In this document: positions 54,201-62,872 of the stretch, in pieces | Numbering within the stretch: position 1 is the stretch's first letter | Layout: each line of letters starts with the position of its first letter | From: Dendrobates tinctorius | Taxonomy: Eukaryota | Direction: 5' to 3' | DNA length: 64,000 bases | Assembly (NCBI RefSeq): GCF_039654945.1 | Contig: NW_027361924.1 | Span: 682,001 to 746,000, forward strand | Position numbers and translations under genes: made by a program | The notes under the pieces: model-generated | What the model was told of the DNA's origin: nothing | The model's input: only the letters and a program-made list of their open reading frames with translations | The model's database searches: none

Positions 54201-56849
54201 CCTTCACCTCCTCTGCTCCCCGGTAAGCAGCCTGCCTTTTCTTGTTTCCACACTTCGGTCATTTGGACCGCTGGGCGGGTCGTCTCCCGGGTTCTCTCTG
54301 GCACAATTGCGCAGTTTTGATATGTTGATACATATGTTATTTACTATGTAAGAATCCTTCCACATGTCATTGATTCATTTATGTTCAGTGTCCATTGGAC
54401 TTGCACATTGACCCCTCTGGATGGTTTTTTTTTTTTTTTTTTTGGCGCTCTGGACATGTACAACTATGTACAATACACATTTAATTGAGTATGCCATATT
54501 TGACTATCTTTTACCATTAGACACATGTCTGTTATGTGCAATGCCCATGGGCTGACTGAACGTTGTGCCATGTAGATTTCGAGCACTGGTATCATTTTAT
54601 TTACCCTGTCCTTGTCTGTCCTGATTGTTGTATCATTGGGGCTTATCCCCCCTATTTTAGTCAACTTGTATACTTGTCAGCACTTGATGTGAGTATTAAT
54701 AAAATTTATACTTTTGCATATATTTTGTATCCGTTACTCCGTTTTCTCCTTTTTAAGAACCCACACAAGAGGCTCAGGTAGTGCAGCTCATCCAGGATGG
54801 CACATCAATGCGAGCTGTTGCAAGAAGGTTTGCTGTGTCTGTCAGCGTAGTGTCCAGAGGCTGGAGGCACTACCAGGAGACAGGCCAGTACATGAAGAGA
54901 CGTGGAGGGGGCCGTGGGAGGGCAAGAACCCAGAAACAGGACCGCTACCTCAGACTTTGTGTAAGGAGGAACAGGAGGAGCACTGCAAGAGCCCTGCAAA
55001 ATGACCTCCAGCAGGCCACAAATGTGCATGTGTCTGCACAAACGGTTACAGTAGAAACCGACTCCATGAGGATGGTACGGTATGAGGGGCCAACCTCCAC
55101 AGATCAGATGGGGGTTGTGCTCACAACCCAACACCGTGCAGGACGCTTGGCATTTGCCACAGAACACCAGGATTGGCAAATTCGTCACTGGCACCCTGTG
55201 CTCTTCACAGATAAAAGCAGGTTCACACTGAGCACTTATGACAGTCTGGAGATGCCGTGGAGAGCGATCTGCTGCCTGCAACATCCTTCAGCATGACCGG
55301 TTTGGTGGTGGGTCAGTAATGGTGTGGGGTGGCATTTATTTGGAGGACTGCACAGCCCTCCATGTGCTCGGCAAAGGTAGCCTGACTGCCATTAGGTACC
55401 AAGATGAGATCCTCAGACCCCTTGTGAGACCATATGCTGGTGCGGTTGGCCCTGGGTTCCTCCTAATGCAGGACAATGCCAGACCTCATGTGGCTTTAGT
55501 GTGTCAGCAGTTCTTGCAAGATGAAGGCATTGAAGCTATGGACTGGCCCGCCCGTTCCCCAGACCTGAATCCAATTGAGCATATCTGGGACATCATGTCT
55601 CGCTCCATCCACCAACGTCACATTGCACCAGACTGTCTAGTAGTTCGCGGATGCTTTAGTCCAGGTCTGGGAGGAGATCCCTCAGGAGAACATCTGCAAC
55701 CTCATCAAGAGCATGCCCAGGTGTTGTACAGTAGGGAGGTCATACACAATACTGAGCATCATTTTGACTTGTTTTGACTCCAAATCCAGGCCTCCATTGG
55801 TTAATAAATTTGATTTCCATTGGTGATTTTTATGTGATTTTGTTGTCATCACATTCAACTTTGTACAGAACAAAGTATTCAATGAGAATATTTCATTCAT
55901 TCAGATCTAGGATGTGTTATTTGAGTGTCCCCTTTATTCCTTTGAGCAGTGTATAAGTAATGCACCCAACCTCAATCGTCTGTATGCATGCTCACCACAC
56001 AACCTCCAAGACCTGTATGGATGCTCACCATGCAAGATTTGCTTAACAAAAAGCATGTTCAAGCACAATTAAAGATTTCTCAACATTTAGCCAACCCTGT
56101 TAAATACTGGTCGACTACAGTCTGGTCAGACAAGACCAAAATTGAATTATTTGGATGCAATTTTGGGAAACTGACATTTTGCGGTCACACTTGCACTTGT
56201 CATGGACCCCCCTCACCCAAACACCTGTTGACAGATCTTATATTTTTATTATGAGTTCTCCAATACTAGCGCAGCCTATTAACCCTCTGCAGCCTTGATC
56301 GTACAGCTCACATAACACCCTTATTACTACATTTCCCCTCATTTTCTCACCTTTTTAGCCATTGCAAAATGCATTTTCTGCAGAAGATGTGCCCGCAGGA
56401 GATCATGATGGGGCACCTGAGCACACCATGGCAGATGGAGCACAGTAGATCGTCATCTGGATTGTCTGTAAATATATCTAGATCGTATCCTCCTCCCTGA
56501 AAATTTGTAAGCATCAGGTCATTAATAAAAGGTCTGCGGCACTAGGAACACACTGACCACTTCAGAGCCACCCCACGCCCTTGTTCACAGGGACCTTACA
56601 ACCATGGTCATGACCTGGGTTGTCCCCGTAAAAGTTCAAGTACCCACTGGAGACCTTAAATGTCCCCTGGCACACATCACACCAGTACATACCATTGTAA
56701 TACATATGTACGCTCCACTGCCCCAGGGAATCTGTTACACTTACCACCGCCTGTCCCAGCGCAGCCATCCACCACTCAGCTCTTTCTAGATCCAGGTCAC
56801 ATTCATCACCCTGATCACGTGCAGCCGGCTGACCCGTCACATTCACCAT
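39283..56849 (-). CDS. rnf151: RING finger protein 151 (RING plus TRAF-type zinc finger)
   Basis: Exon 56496-56351 reads [48 protein letters not shown]. Exon 41267-41171 reads [33 protein letters not shown]. Exon 39657-39283 reads [16 protein letters not shown]..stop. An ATG-only first coding exon is a candidate at 56849-56847 (ATG|gtgaat) and is less certain. Syntenic with TBL3. Confidence 0.88.
40137..40462. mobile_element. Harbinger-type MITE
   Basis: TIRs GGGTGTGTGCACAC / GTGTGCACACACCC with a GCGGAT-rich interior. Confidence 0.7.
40607..40937. mobile_element. Harbinger-type MITE, same family, opposite orientation
   Basis: TIRs GGGTGTGTGCACACG / CGTGTGCACGCACCC with TAA/TTA flanks. Confidence 0.7.
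41514..42643 (+). mobile_element. 5'-truncated L2 LINE (ORF2 C-terminus and 3' UTR)
   Basis: Peptides [51 protein letters not shown], followed by the L2 3' tail and (ATT)n. Confidence 0.9.
44044..44101 (-). ncRNA. Minimal type I hammerhead ribozyme in Penelope pLTR (copy 1)
   Basis: Reverse complement of the motif at 49190-49247. Confidence 0.75.
45163..48171 (-). CDS. Penelope-like reverse transcriptase / GIY-YIG endonuclease, lacking ~36 N-terminal residues
   Basis: Uninterrupted 1002-aa ORF with [43 protein letters not shown] and [17 protein letters not shown] motifs. Confidence 0.93.
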   Translation of the reverse strand: MLKFRDLLRKRTRIWWNHEFLDKYIQNNLIPRGLRIQVFPSFPIQDDDFKAKWEELANVCSMGFLDLLKTQNKKTLTLLESEIEIIQLDLQKGLTGESLKKFNDELDVDLQKWAQETQATKTKKLKRDIQDKLTAHVYRWRHPPDRSRQLYRSMSRSRSRSTSIKSTVSVDDEASVQLSHPGGTLSSSSDPVTKRVVTRQSARKKTYTGRNFTDYSAGGLQVVNLSTHALTQPQLEVLSRGLTFSPTNPFNFFVALKDLHLFSRKLLLRKLHHKNISQESLTESEMEALRVLEDLLDEQTPPSRSKFPPHVLPKSTRFPPLSLSPAIDIFTKLVAEDFRKLPSRRKFDNLTWRQRKAISELQSLSGVVFKPADKGGNIVVWPTHMYEREAHRQLRNRNTYERLSYNPTASFSLSLQRILVRALEGGIITKTVFEGLMVRTPKTPTFYLLPKIHKDAVEPPGRPIVSGIEGLCDPVCKFLDFYLKPLVESLPSYIKDTTDVLTRVDGVLVDGHTFLVTADVESLYTCIDHTLGLDAVRLFLGMSDLDGPMCGLLLELLQFVLTHNFFVFKDQFYRQRCGTAMGAACAPSYANLFLGAWERSIFGDEGAPAASHVLCWHRYIDDVLFFWDGTLQQLGDFMAWLNANTFNIRLTFKYDLKTIDFLDVTLEIDDTRRIQTDVYRKPTSVNSLLHAESAHNTSTIRAVPVGQFLRMRRICSTEDGFERQARDLQTRFRNRGYSNRSIRKGYSRARATARRDLLYPRRDNTGRSAKSGGSAPIRFISTFNHEWEHMRSILAKHWAILGSEPSLGQVIGDRPLMTSRRCRNLRDFLVKSHYIATTTNPFGSTGPTRGCFPCGHCVACPNVLRCSSFQSSDGEKDFHIKQHISCSSTNVIYYATCGCPLIYVGLTSRELRVRVREHVRDIRAAKTVVDPTTLKTIPRHFRSSHDCDPGSFMVRGIECVHLGIRAGNYKKALAQREAKWIVALDTMTPKGLNESLSFSSFL
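49190..49247 (+). ncRNA. Minimal type I hammerhead ribozyme in Penelope pLTR (copy 2)
   Basis: CAACACTCCC-TTGATAA-A-GCGCCTG(TGG)CGGGCGC-GAAACGTACGTC-GGGTGTCGTTG. The core is the U3-A8 variant of CUGAnGA with stem II, GAAA, palindromic stem III and a GUC cleavage triplet ending at 49236. Confidence 0.78.
49942..53055 (+). CDS. Full-length Penelope-like (Neptune) reverse transcriptase / GIY-YIG endonuclease
   Basis: Intact ORF. Likely start is MDFRARD at 49942, just after the splice acceptor TTTTTCACAG (49924). Contains LIPRGLR, RT motifs (GTAMG, YIDD), a Cys-rich linker and GIY-YIG. Confidence 0.93.
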   Translation: MDFRARDTTWRAQLNDALQDSSGGDTGGCSGDMQAAMLKFRDLLRKRTRIWWNHEFLDKYIQNNLIPRGLRIQVFPSFPIQDDFKAKWEELANVCSMGFLDLLKTQNKKTLTLLESEIEIIQLDLQKGLTGESLKKFNDELDVDLQKWAQETQATKTKKLKRDIQDKLTAHVYRWRHPPDRSRQLYRSMSRSRSRSTSIKSTVSVDDEASVQLSHPGGTLSSSSDPVTKRVVTRQSARKKTYTGRNFTDYSAGGLQVVNLSTHALTQPQLEVLSRGLTFSPTNPFNFFVALKDLHLFSRKLLLRKLHHKNISQESLTESEMEALRVLEDLLDEQTPPSRSKFPPHVLPKSTRFPPLSLSPAIDIFTKLVAEDFRKLPSRRKFDNLTWRQRKAISELQSLSGVVFKPADKGGNIVVWPTHMYEREAHRQLRNRNTYERLSYNPTASFSLSLQRILVRALEGGIITKTVFEGLMVRTPKTPTFYLLPKIHKDAVEPPGRPIVSGIEGLCDPVCKFLDFYLKPLVESLPSYIKDTTDVLTRVDGVLVDGHTFLVTADVESLYTCIDHTLGLDAVRLFLGMSDLDGPMCGLLLELLQFVLTHNFFVFKDQFYRQRCGTAMGAACAPSYANLFLGAWERSIFGDEGAPAASHVLCWHRYIDDVLFFWDGTLQQLGDFMAWLNANTFNIRLTFKYDLKTIDFLDVTLEIDDTRRIQTDVYRKPTSVNSLLHAESAHNTSTIRAVPVGQFLRMRRICSTEDGFERQARDLQTRFRNRGYSNRSIRKGYSRARATARRDLLYPRRDNTGRSAKSGGSAPIRFISTFNHEWEHMRSILAKHWAILGSEPSLGQVIGDRPLMTSRRCRNLRDFLVKSHYIATTTNPFGSTGPTRGCFPCGHCVACPNVLRCSSFQSSDGEKDFHIKQHISCSSTNVIYYATCGCPLIYVGLTSRELRVRVREHVRDIRAAKTVVDPTTLKTIPRHFRSSHDCDPGSFMVRGIECVHLGIRAGNYKKALAQREAKWIVALDTMTPKGLNESLSFSSFL
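54137..54194 (+). ncRNA. Minimal type I hammerhead ribozyme in Penelope pLTR (copy 3)
   Basis: Identical to the motif at 49190-49247, with GUC ending at 54183. Confidence 0.78.
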
Positions 56850-57872
56850 ACGTCCACGTCAGCATTTATTCCGGACACGGACCACTATTGGCTCTGCAGA
56901 TCAATGGGCAACTCGCTTCCTAGCTGTGTATTGTTTTCAGCCCGAAATATACTGCACAATGCAGGACAGGAGTCTACGTGCACCCATTGTTCTGCACAGA
57001 GGTGGAAAACTGTCAGGAGTCAGAAAATGAGGCAAAAAGTTCTATACATGAAGTGCAACTTTATTGAAGTTTAAACAATAAAGCAACACGACAAGTAACG
57101 AAACCTACTGTAAAAACTCACGCATACGATAAAGGACCTGCAAAATGGAGAGGAAAGGCTGAATGTCAACTATATTTTAGGTCCATTGAATAATGAGATG
57201 TCACAGATAACGGACTCTGGGAATAGTGGGAAATAAGACCACCTTTCCAGGATCAGAAAATATCGGCTTACATTGCATTAGTTCCCCTCGTGATGCAGAA
57301 ACCGCTAATCCTTAAAGAGGCCAATATGTTCTTTCCGGCACCGCTCGCCGACACCACCCATTATGCTGGTAGCTGCCTTTGGACGTCCATGTACCACCCG
57401 CCAGCCATTACTTGTACCTGGCAGGCACCGGTCACAACAGCTAGTGTGGCACTGAGCGGTGACATAAAAATCCTTTAAGTCCCGGGCTACTAGGATTTCA
57501 GCCATGACAGGTTTGCAGCTGTGCCATTAAATTGGACAACTTTAGCACCTAGTTTGTGGGACTTGGGAGCCAAATTAATAGTATTGTCACTACACTAAGA
57601 GTTGTATTATACAGAATTTGAGGGGACCGTTTGTGTGAATTTTCTGACCAGATGATCAAGATCTCACACTGTGGTCAGATGCTTTTGCTTGGTCATTTGT
57701 CTTCCTCCCATCACGCTTAAGATCGGACTGGTCCCTCAATGTCCTATGCACACTCCGCAACAGCAAGAAGTACAAGTTGTGGAATTAAGGAACTCACAGG
57801 ATGGAGACAAGTTAATGATCTGGAAATGGTGAGAAACTGAAAACAAAACATTGGGATTTATTCAGTCTGGAG

Positions 57873-58034
57873 CAGGGTTCCCCAACTCCAGTCCTAAAGG
57901 CCCACCAACAGATCATGTTTTCAGGATTTCCTTAGTATTGCCAAGGTGATAATTGCTTCACCTGTACAATACAAAGGAAATCCTGAAAACATGATCTGTT
58001 GGTGGGCCTTGAGGACTGGAGTTGGGGAACCCTG
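57873..58034. mobile_element. hAT-type palindromic MITE with 8-bp TSD
   Basis: CAGGGTTCCCCAACTCCAGTCC / GGACTGGAGTTGGGGAACCCTG, with GTCTGGAG duplicated at 57865-57872 and 58035-58042. Confidence 0.88.
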
Positions 58035-58585
58035 GTCTGGAGCGCCACATACAGAAATCCCAGCACTAGGGTTATTAATGGTCGTCTGAGCAAGGTTCTA
58101 CCGCGCTTAAAGTACTTTGGCAAATCATCAAGATCCCCTGCTGGCAGCTCCATGCATCACCGGTGAATGTAGTCCCCGATGAGACCAGTCCAGAGACGCT
58201 GCAGACGTGCGAGCAGGTTTAGGCCACGGCAGCTGCTCACTGTAGCATGAGCAACATGAGGCATAGCGTGGAATTGAAAACCAGCTCCTGGGACATAAAT
58301 GGCCGCACCACTGGTTCTACCACCCCGAGAGGTTAGTGTACCAGGAATGTAGACTAATGGGTTACAGTTACTGTACCCCACAGCATAATCCCCAGTGTGG
58401 GACCTCACAAAGGTCTCTTCATGGTGTTGCCCACATGATCTCCAGCCTAATTTACCGCAAACCAAGAGGGACACTGACCATAACTACTGCTAGTAAACCT
58501 ATATATTAATGCTACTGAGCCAAGTAAGCGCCTTAAAATTTGCATCTAAACTCTGAAAAAAAAACAGTATGTGAACATAGCCTTA

Positions 58586-59436
58586 GGGCCCCGTCACACA
58601 TAGCGACTCACCAGCGATCCCGACAACGATATCAACATGTCAGGATCACTGGTGAGCTGTTAAGACAGCTTCACCAGCGAACGGCATCGCTGTGTACTTT
58701 AACTACCAGCACGCAGATGCAGGGAGCTGGTAACTAAGGTACACATCAGGTTTCTAAGTGACACACATCCCTTAGGCTAGTTTCACATTTGCGTTTCAGG
58801 GCGCAGCAACGGCCTGTGCACGGCCGCCGCTAAGCCCCGCCCCCTCCGATAGCTCCGCCTCTGGGCACATGACGCTGCATGCGTCCCCTATCTTTACCAC
58901 TGGGGACGCAGGCCGTGCGCAGTATGCGTTTGGCGGCGTGCATCGTCCTTTTGACGGTGCGCCACCAAATTGCAACAGGTTGCGTTTGGCGCTGGTCGGC
59001 GCACCGTCAAAAGGACGCAGGCGCCACCAAAACGCATACTGCGCACGGCCTGCGTCCTCAGTGATAAAGATAGGGGACGCATGCAGCGTCATGCGCCCGG
59101 AGGTGGAGCTATCGGAGGGGTACGGCAGGGGCGGGGCTTAGCTGCTGCCATGAGCAGGCTGTCGCTGCGCCCTGAGACGCAAGTGTGAAACTAGCCTTGG
59201 AAACCCGATCTGTACCTTAGTTACCAGCTGATCGCTGGTCTCCCACCGGTCACACACAGCGATGCGTGCTGGCTAGTGGGAGACCAGCGATCAAAGATCT
59301 GTCCAGGGCTTTCCAACAGCGATCAGCGATACCGGCAGGGGGGCCGGTCGCTGGTAAGTGTCACACACAGCGATCTCGCTAGTGAGATCACGGTTGCGTC
59401 ACAAAACTTGTGACTCAGCTATGTGTGACGGGGCCC
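58586..59436. mobile_element. Harbinger-type MITE with a nested palindromic MITE (58775-59196)
   Basis: Outer TIRs GGGCCCCGTCACACATAGC / GCTATGTGTGACGGGGCCC with TTA TSD. Inner TIRs GGCTAGTTTCACA / TGTGAAACTAGCC form a near-perfect ~420-bp hairpin. Confidence 0.8.
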
Positions 59437-60146
59437 TTACACTCCAAATGTAACTTACCAGCAGGTGGAATAATGTCACAGCAGGTGTGATGCTGCCAGT
59501 CCCATCCCAGGCTGGTAGCAAGGGATGTTCACAATCTGCATACGCTGCCTCATTATCCCCAGAGTCCACAACATTGAAACCATGGAAGTGCAAGGGCTCC
59601 AAGATTTCACAAAATATTGGCAGAGCCCTTACACCAAACACCCATTCCTGCAAGCTTGGGATTTGCAGAATCGCACCTCTGCACACCCCCTCCTCTCAGT
59701 CCAATGCCTGCAGAATCACCCAACTCCTGCAACCCCCCCGTAAGCTACTTTTCAGACTATAAGCCACACCCACCATTTTTTCTTTTTTTAGGGGGGTTGA
59801 GGTGCATCTTACAGTAAAAAAATACTGTAAGTATAAAGCTATGAGCCCCCCCAAAATTGCTTTTATCTGATCTTCAAGTAACTCGACAGTTTGGAGCTTA
59901 AACATCTTACAAACAATACCACTTCCTCAATTTCCATAACCTACAACTTGTCCTTCTTGGTGTTGTAATTTCAATGTTCCGGCATGTATACAGGCAAAGG
60001 TTTTGGCAGAGATTGTTGTGGAGAAAAACCAACATGATGAACTTGTATATATTGTTATTTAGAGCAGATAAGTCTGCTGCCCATAGAGGACAACGGGCCT
60101 TATGGTAACTATGACCAGTAGCAGGTAATGAAAACTGCATCATTTA

Positions 60147-60685
60147 GGCCGAGTGCCCACATTGCAGAATTTTCCGCAATTCCCTGCCGTGGGTAAAACG
60201 CATGCAGAATTTGCATGCATTTTCCTGCAAAATACTAGCATTTTTAGCTTGGAAAGGTGATTGACAGGTTGGTCACACACAAGCATAGTGCTTGACAAGT
60301 GTGACCAACTTTTTACTATTGATGCTGCCTATGCAGCATCAATAGAAAAGATAGAATGTAAGAATAAAAAATAGGGATATACTCGCCTTCTGCCGGCCAG
60401 CTCCATTCCCAGGGATGCATTGCGACAATGACCTCAGATGACGTAGCGGTCACATGACCGTGGCGTCATCTGGGGTGATTCGCGCAATGCATCCCTGGGT
60501 ACGGAAGTTGCCAGCAGCGTGGCTGAGGGCTGACAGAAGGTGAGTATATCCCTATTTTTTATTTGAATTCTATTTTTTACAGAATTATGGTACCCAGGGC
60601 CTGGAGGACAGTCTCCTCTCCTCCAGACCCTGGGTACCATTCGCACATGAAGAGCTCACTTTACGCATGGTGGGCATAGCCGCGG
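60147..60685. mobile_element. Truncated MITE, family of 35713-36605
   Basis: Shares GATTGACAGGTTGGTCACAC and GGTACCCAGGGCCTGGAGGACAGTCTCCTC blocks. Confidence 0.7.
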
Positions 60686-61004
60686 TAAATCCTAATGCTC
60701 CTGTTATTCAGCCTTATAGATGTATGATGATGCACAGCTCCCCTCACACACAATAGGGTGCCTGCAGTCACCCCCACTACTGACAAAATAAACCTCACCT
60801 TGTTCCATTACCCCCAATGTGCAGTGTGTGAACTAAGACTCAGCACAGCAGCTACAATCTAGTCACATCATCGTACCTGCTGCACTGAGACTCCGTTGAA
60901 TGGTGGCTCCTGTTCCACCATTGAATTAATCTGAGGACCAAGGCCATATTGCCCAGGTCTGTTTTATGATATACTGAAATACATTTAAACCTTTATTGAC
61001 AAAT

Positions 61005-62036
61005 TCAAGTTTCATTAAAGACTGAATATTTACAGCGTTGCCCCTTATTTTTTAGGACTTCTGCAATTCTCTCAGGCATGCTGGATATCAGTTTCTGGGC
61101 CAAATCCTGAGTGATTGCAGCCCACTCTTCCCTAATCATTGCTTGGAGCTTATCAGAACTTAGGACTTTTTGTTTGGCCAGCTGCTTTTTGAGGATTGAC
61201 CACAGGTTCTCAATGGGATTAAGATCTGGAGAGTTTCCTGGCCATGAGCCCAGAACTGCAATGTTTTGCTCACTGAGCCACTTAGTCACCAGTTTTGCCC
61301 TGTGACATGGTGCATCATCATGCTGGAAAACATATTGGTCATCACCAAACTGTTCCTGGATGGTTGGGAGAAGTTGCTCTTGGAGGAGGGTTAGATACCA
61401 TTCTTTATTCATGGCTGGGGTCTGAGGAAAGATTGTAAGTGAGCCCACTCCCTTGGATGAAAAGCAACCCCACACATGAATGGTCCCAGAATTATTTACT
61501 GATGGCATGAAACAGGCCTCAGGGAAGCTCTCACCCCTTCTCTGAAGCATCATTCTTCCAGATACCCCTAACAGTCTAAAAGTCGCTTTATCAGAGAAAA
61601 TTACTTTCCCCCAGTCCGCTGCAGTCCAATCCCTGTACTTCCTGCAGAATGTCAGTCTGTCCTTTATGTTATTCTGGGAGAGAAGTGACTTCTTTGCTAC
61701 CCTTTTCGTCACTAACCCAGCCTCCAAAAGCCTTCTCCTCACTGTGCGAGCAGATGCACTGACCCCTGCCTGCTGCCATTCCAGAGCAAGCTCAGCACTG
61801 GTGTTAAACTGATCCTCTTGCTGAATCTTCTTTAGGAGACTGTCCTGGCACTTGCTAGTCTTTCTTGGGCGCCCTGAAGCCTTCTTCACAGCAATCGAAC
61901 CACTCTCTTTGAAGCTCTTGATGATCCGATAAACGGTTGATTTAGGGGCTATCGTAGAAGCGGCAATAGCTTTGATTGATAATCCCTTTTGATGCAAAGC
62001 AATAATGTCTGCACGTGTTTCCTTAGAGGTAACCAT
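61005..62036 (-). CDS. Intact Tc1-family (DD35E) transposase ORF, candidate domesticated gene
   Basis: ATG at 62036 (ACCATGG context). Paired-like HTH with GRPRKT; catalytic VIFSD, FQHD and SPDLNPIE with 35 residues between the second D and E. No stops or frameshifts. AATAAA at 60997-60992. Confidence 0.85.
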   Translation of the reverse strand: MVTSKETRADIIALHQKGLSIKAIAASTIAPKSTVYRIIKSFKESGSIAVKKASGRPRKTSKCQDSLLKKIQQEDQFNTSAELALEWQQAGVSASARTVRRRLLEAGLVTKRVAKKSLLSQNNIKDRLTFCRKYRDWTAADWGKVIFSDKATFRLLGVSGRMMLQRRGESFPEACFMPSVNNSGTIHVWGCFSSKGVGSLTIFPQTPAMNKEWYLTLLQEQLLPTIQEQFGDDQYVFQHDDAPCHRAKLVTKWLSEQNIAVLGSWPGNSPDLNPIENLWSILKKQLAKQKVLSSDKLQAMIREEWAAITQDLAQKLISSMPERIAEVLKNKGQRCKYSVFNET

Positions 62037-62549
62037 GGTTAACAAAAGACAATTTCAAGCTTCAGTACCATAGTTCAGTCTGCTCTTTTAAATTAATTAG
62101 CATGAAAGTGATATCAAGTGCCTTGTCCTAGTTAACACTTTCTCCAGCGTTAACAAGATCACTGGAATGATGTAAGCAGGTCATTTAGTGGCAGGGTTTA
62201 AAAATCATTAATGGAAAGGAAATGACTACATTTCTTTGTAATTTATCTTATCTCTCTTCAAAACAATCTGGCCACAAAAACAAAACCAAGCACCAAAAAC
62301 AAAACTTGTGTCAGCCTCAATACTTTTGGACACAACCGTATATTCCACCCCTGACAGGCTGCATTGTCACCGCATAATCAGTGTTATTAACTATCCATGA
62401 TGTTAGCGCCTCTGCCAGGTGATCACCGCAAATTTTTCTAGCTCAGCTTCCACAAGTGCAGCCCCGACAAGGTCTAAAATAAAGAAAACAAAAGGTTAAT
62501 CAGGTGCAGTCACACGACACATGCACACTCCATGTATGCACAGCCAGAC

Positions 62550-62681
62550 TAGTGTAGGAACACGGGTCTCATTACACACATATAGGTTATGGGTAATGAG
62601 CTAAATGCTCCCAATTCCTGTAGGCACAGTGATCTTACTAAAGGCTACGAAGAGGCCAGAAGTAATTTTCAGTTTGTGCCA
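62550..62681 (-). ncRNA. SNORA78: H/ACA box snoRNA, SNORA78 (ACA64) orthologue
   Basis: Hairpin 1 GGCACA..TGTGCC, H box ACAGGA, hairpin 2 GGGAGCA..CTCATTAC..GTAATGAG..TGTTCCT, then ACA plus 3 nt; 132 nt in total. The 5' pocket ACUGAAAAU / AGAUCA complements the 28S rRNA segment UGAUCU-UG-AUUUUCAGU (recalled, not searched). It lies ~76 nt upstream of a 3' splice site and has the same strand and order relative to RNF151/TBL3 as in human. Confidence 0.85.
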
Positions 62682-62872
62682 AAGTCACTATGCCAATATC
62701 CCCCAATACAAGTCATTCATCAGACTGCCAAGATCTCCACCTACAGACATTATGCCCCAAACATCCTACCTGTACGCTGACCCTGGGGCCCAGGCTATGC
62801 CATACAAACCTCCAGCCCCGGACGCATCACTACATATTACATATACACCACCCACACCAGCCTGCACCATTA

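Larger units (their letters stand above)
43394..54757. mobile_element. Composite Penelope-like element (Neptune type) insertion: inverted 5'-truncated copy 43394-48180 (-) plus pLTR-ORF-pLTR copy 48179-54757 (+)
   Basis: Two near-identical RT plus GIY-YIG ORFs, three copies of a ~1.6-1.8-kb pseudo-LTR, and a 14-bp TSD AACCCACACAAGAG at 43380-43393 and 54758-54771. Confidence 0.93.
43075..55951 (+). mobile_element. Tc1-like transposon (degenerate transposase) interrupted by the Penelope pair; own sequence 43075-43393 and 54758-55951
   Basis: TA|CACTGCTCAAAAAAATAAAAGGAACACT ... AGTGTCCCCTTTATTCCTTTGAGCAGTG|TA. The transposase starts at 43364 ([10 protein letters not shown]) and resumes [25 protein letters not shown] with frameshifts. 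Confidence 0.9.
42650..56170 (+). mobile_element. Old Tc1 element split by the younger Tc1 (pieces ~42650-43074 and 55952-~56170)
   Basis: The left piece encodes [16 protein letters not shown] and the right piece encodes [19 protein letters not shown]. The sequence rejoins across the duplicated TA. Confidence 0.7.

Noticed and set aside
43394-54757. LTR retrotransposon or large TIR DNA transposon
   Set aside because: There is no gag, protease, integrase or DDE transposase in the insert. RT plus GIY-YIG and hammerhead-bearing repeats identify it as a Penelope-like element.
54781-55777. Functional transposase in the younger Tc1
   Set aside because: It is frameshifted and its start is cut off by the Penelope insertion.
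58154-58159. In-frame TGA as a selenocysteine codon
   Set aside because: No recognisable selenoprotein homology or SECIS element was seen.
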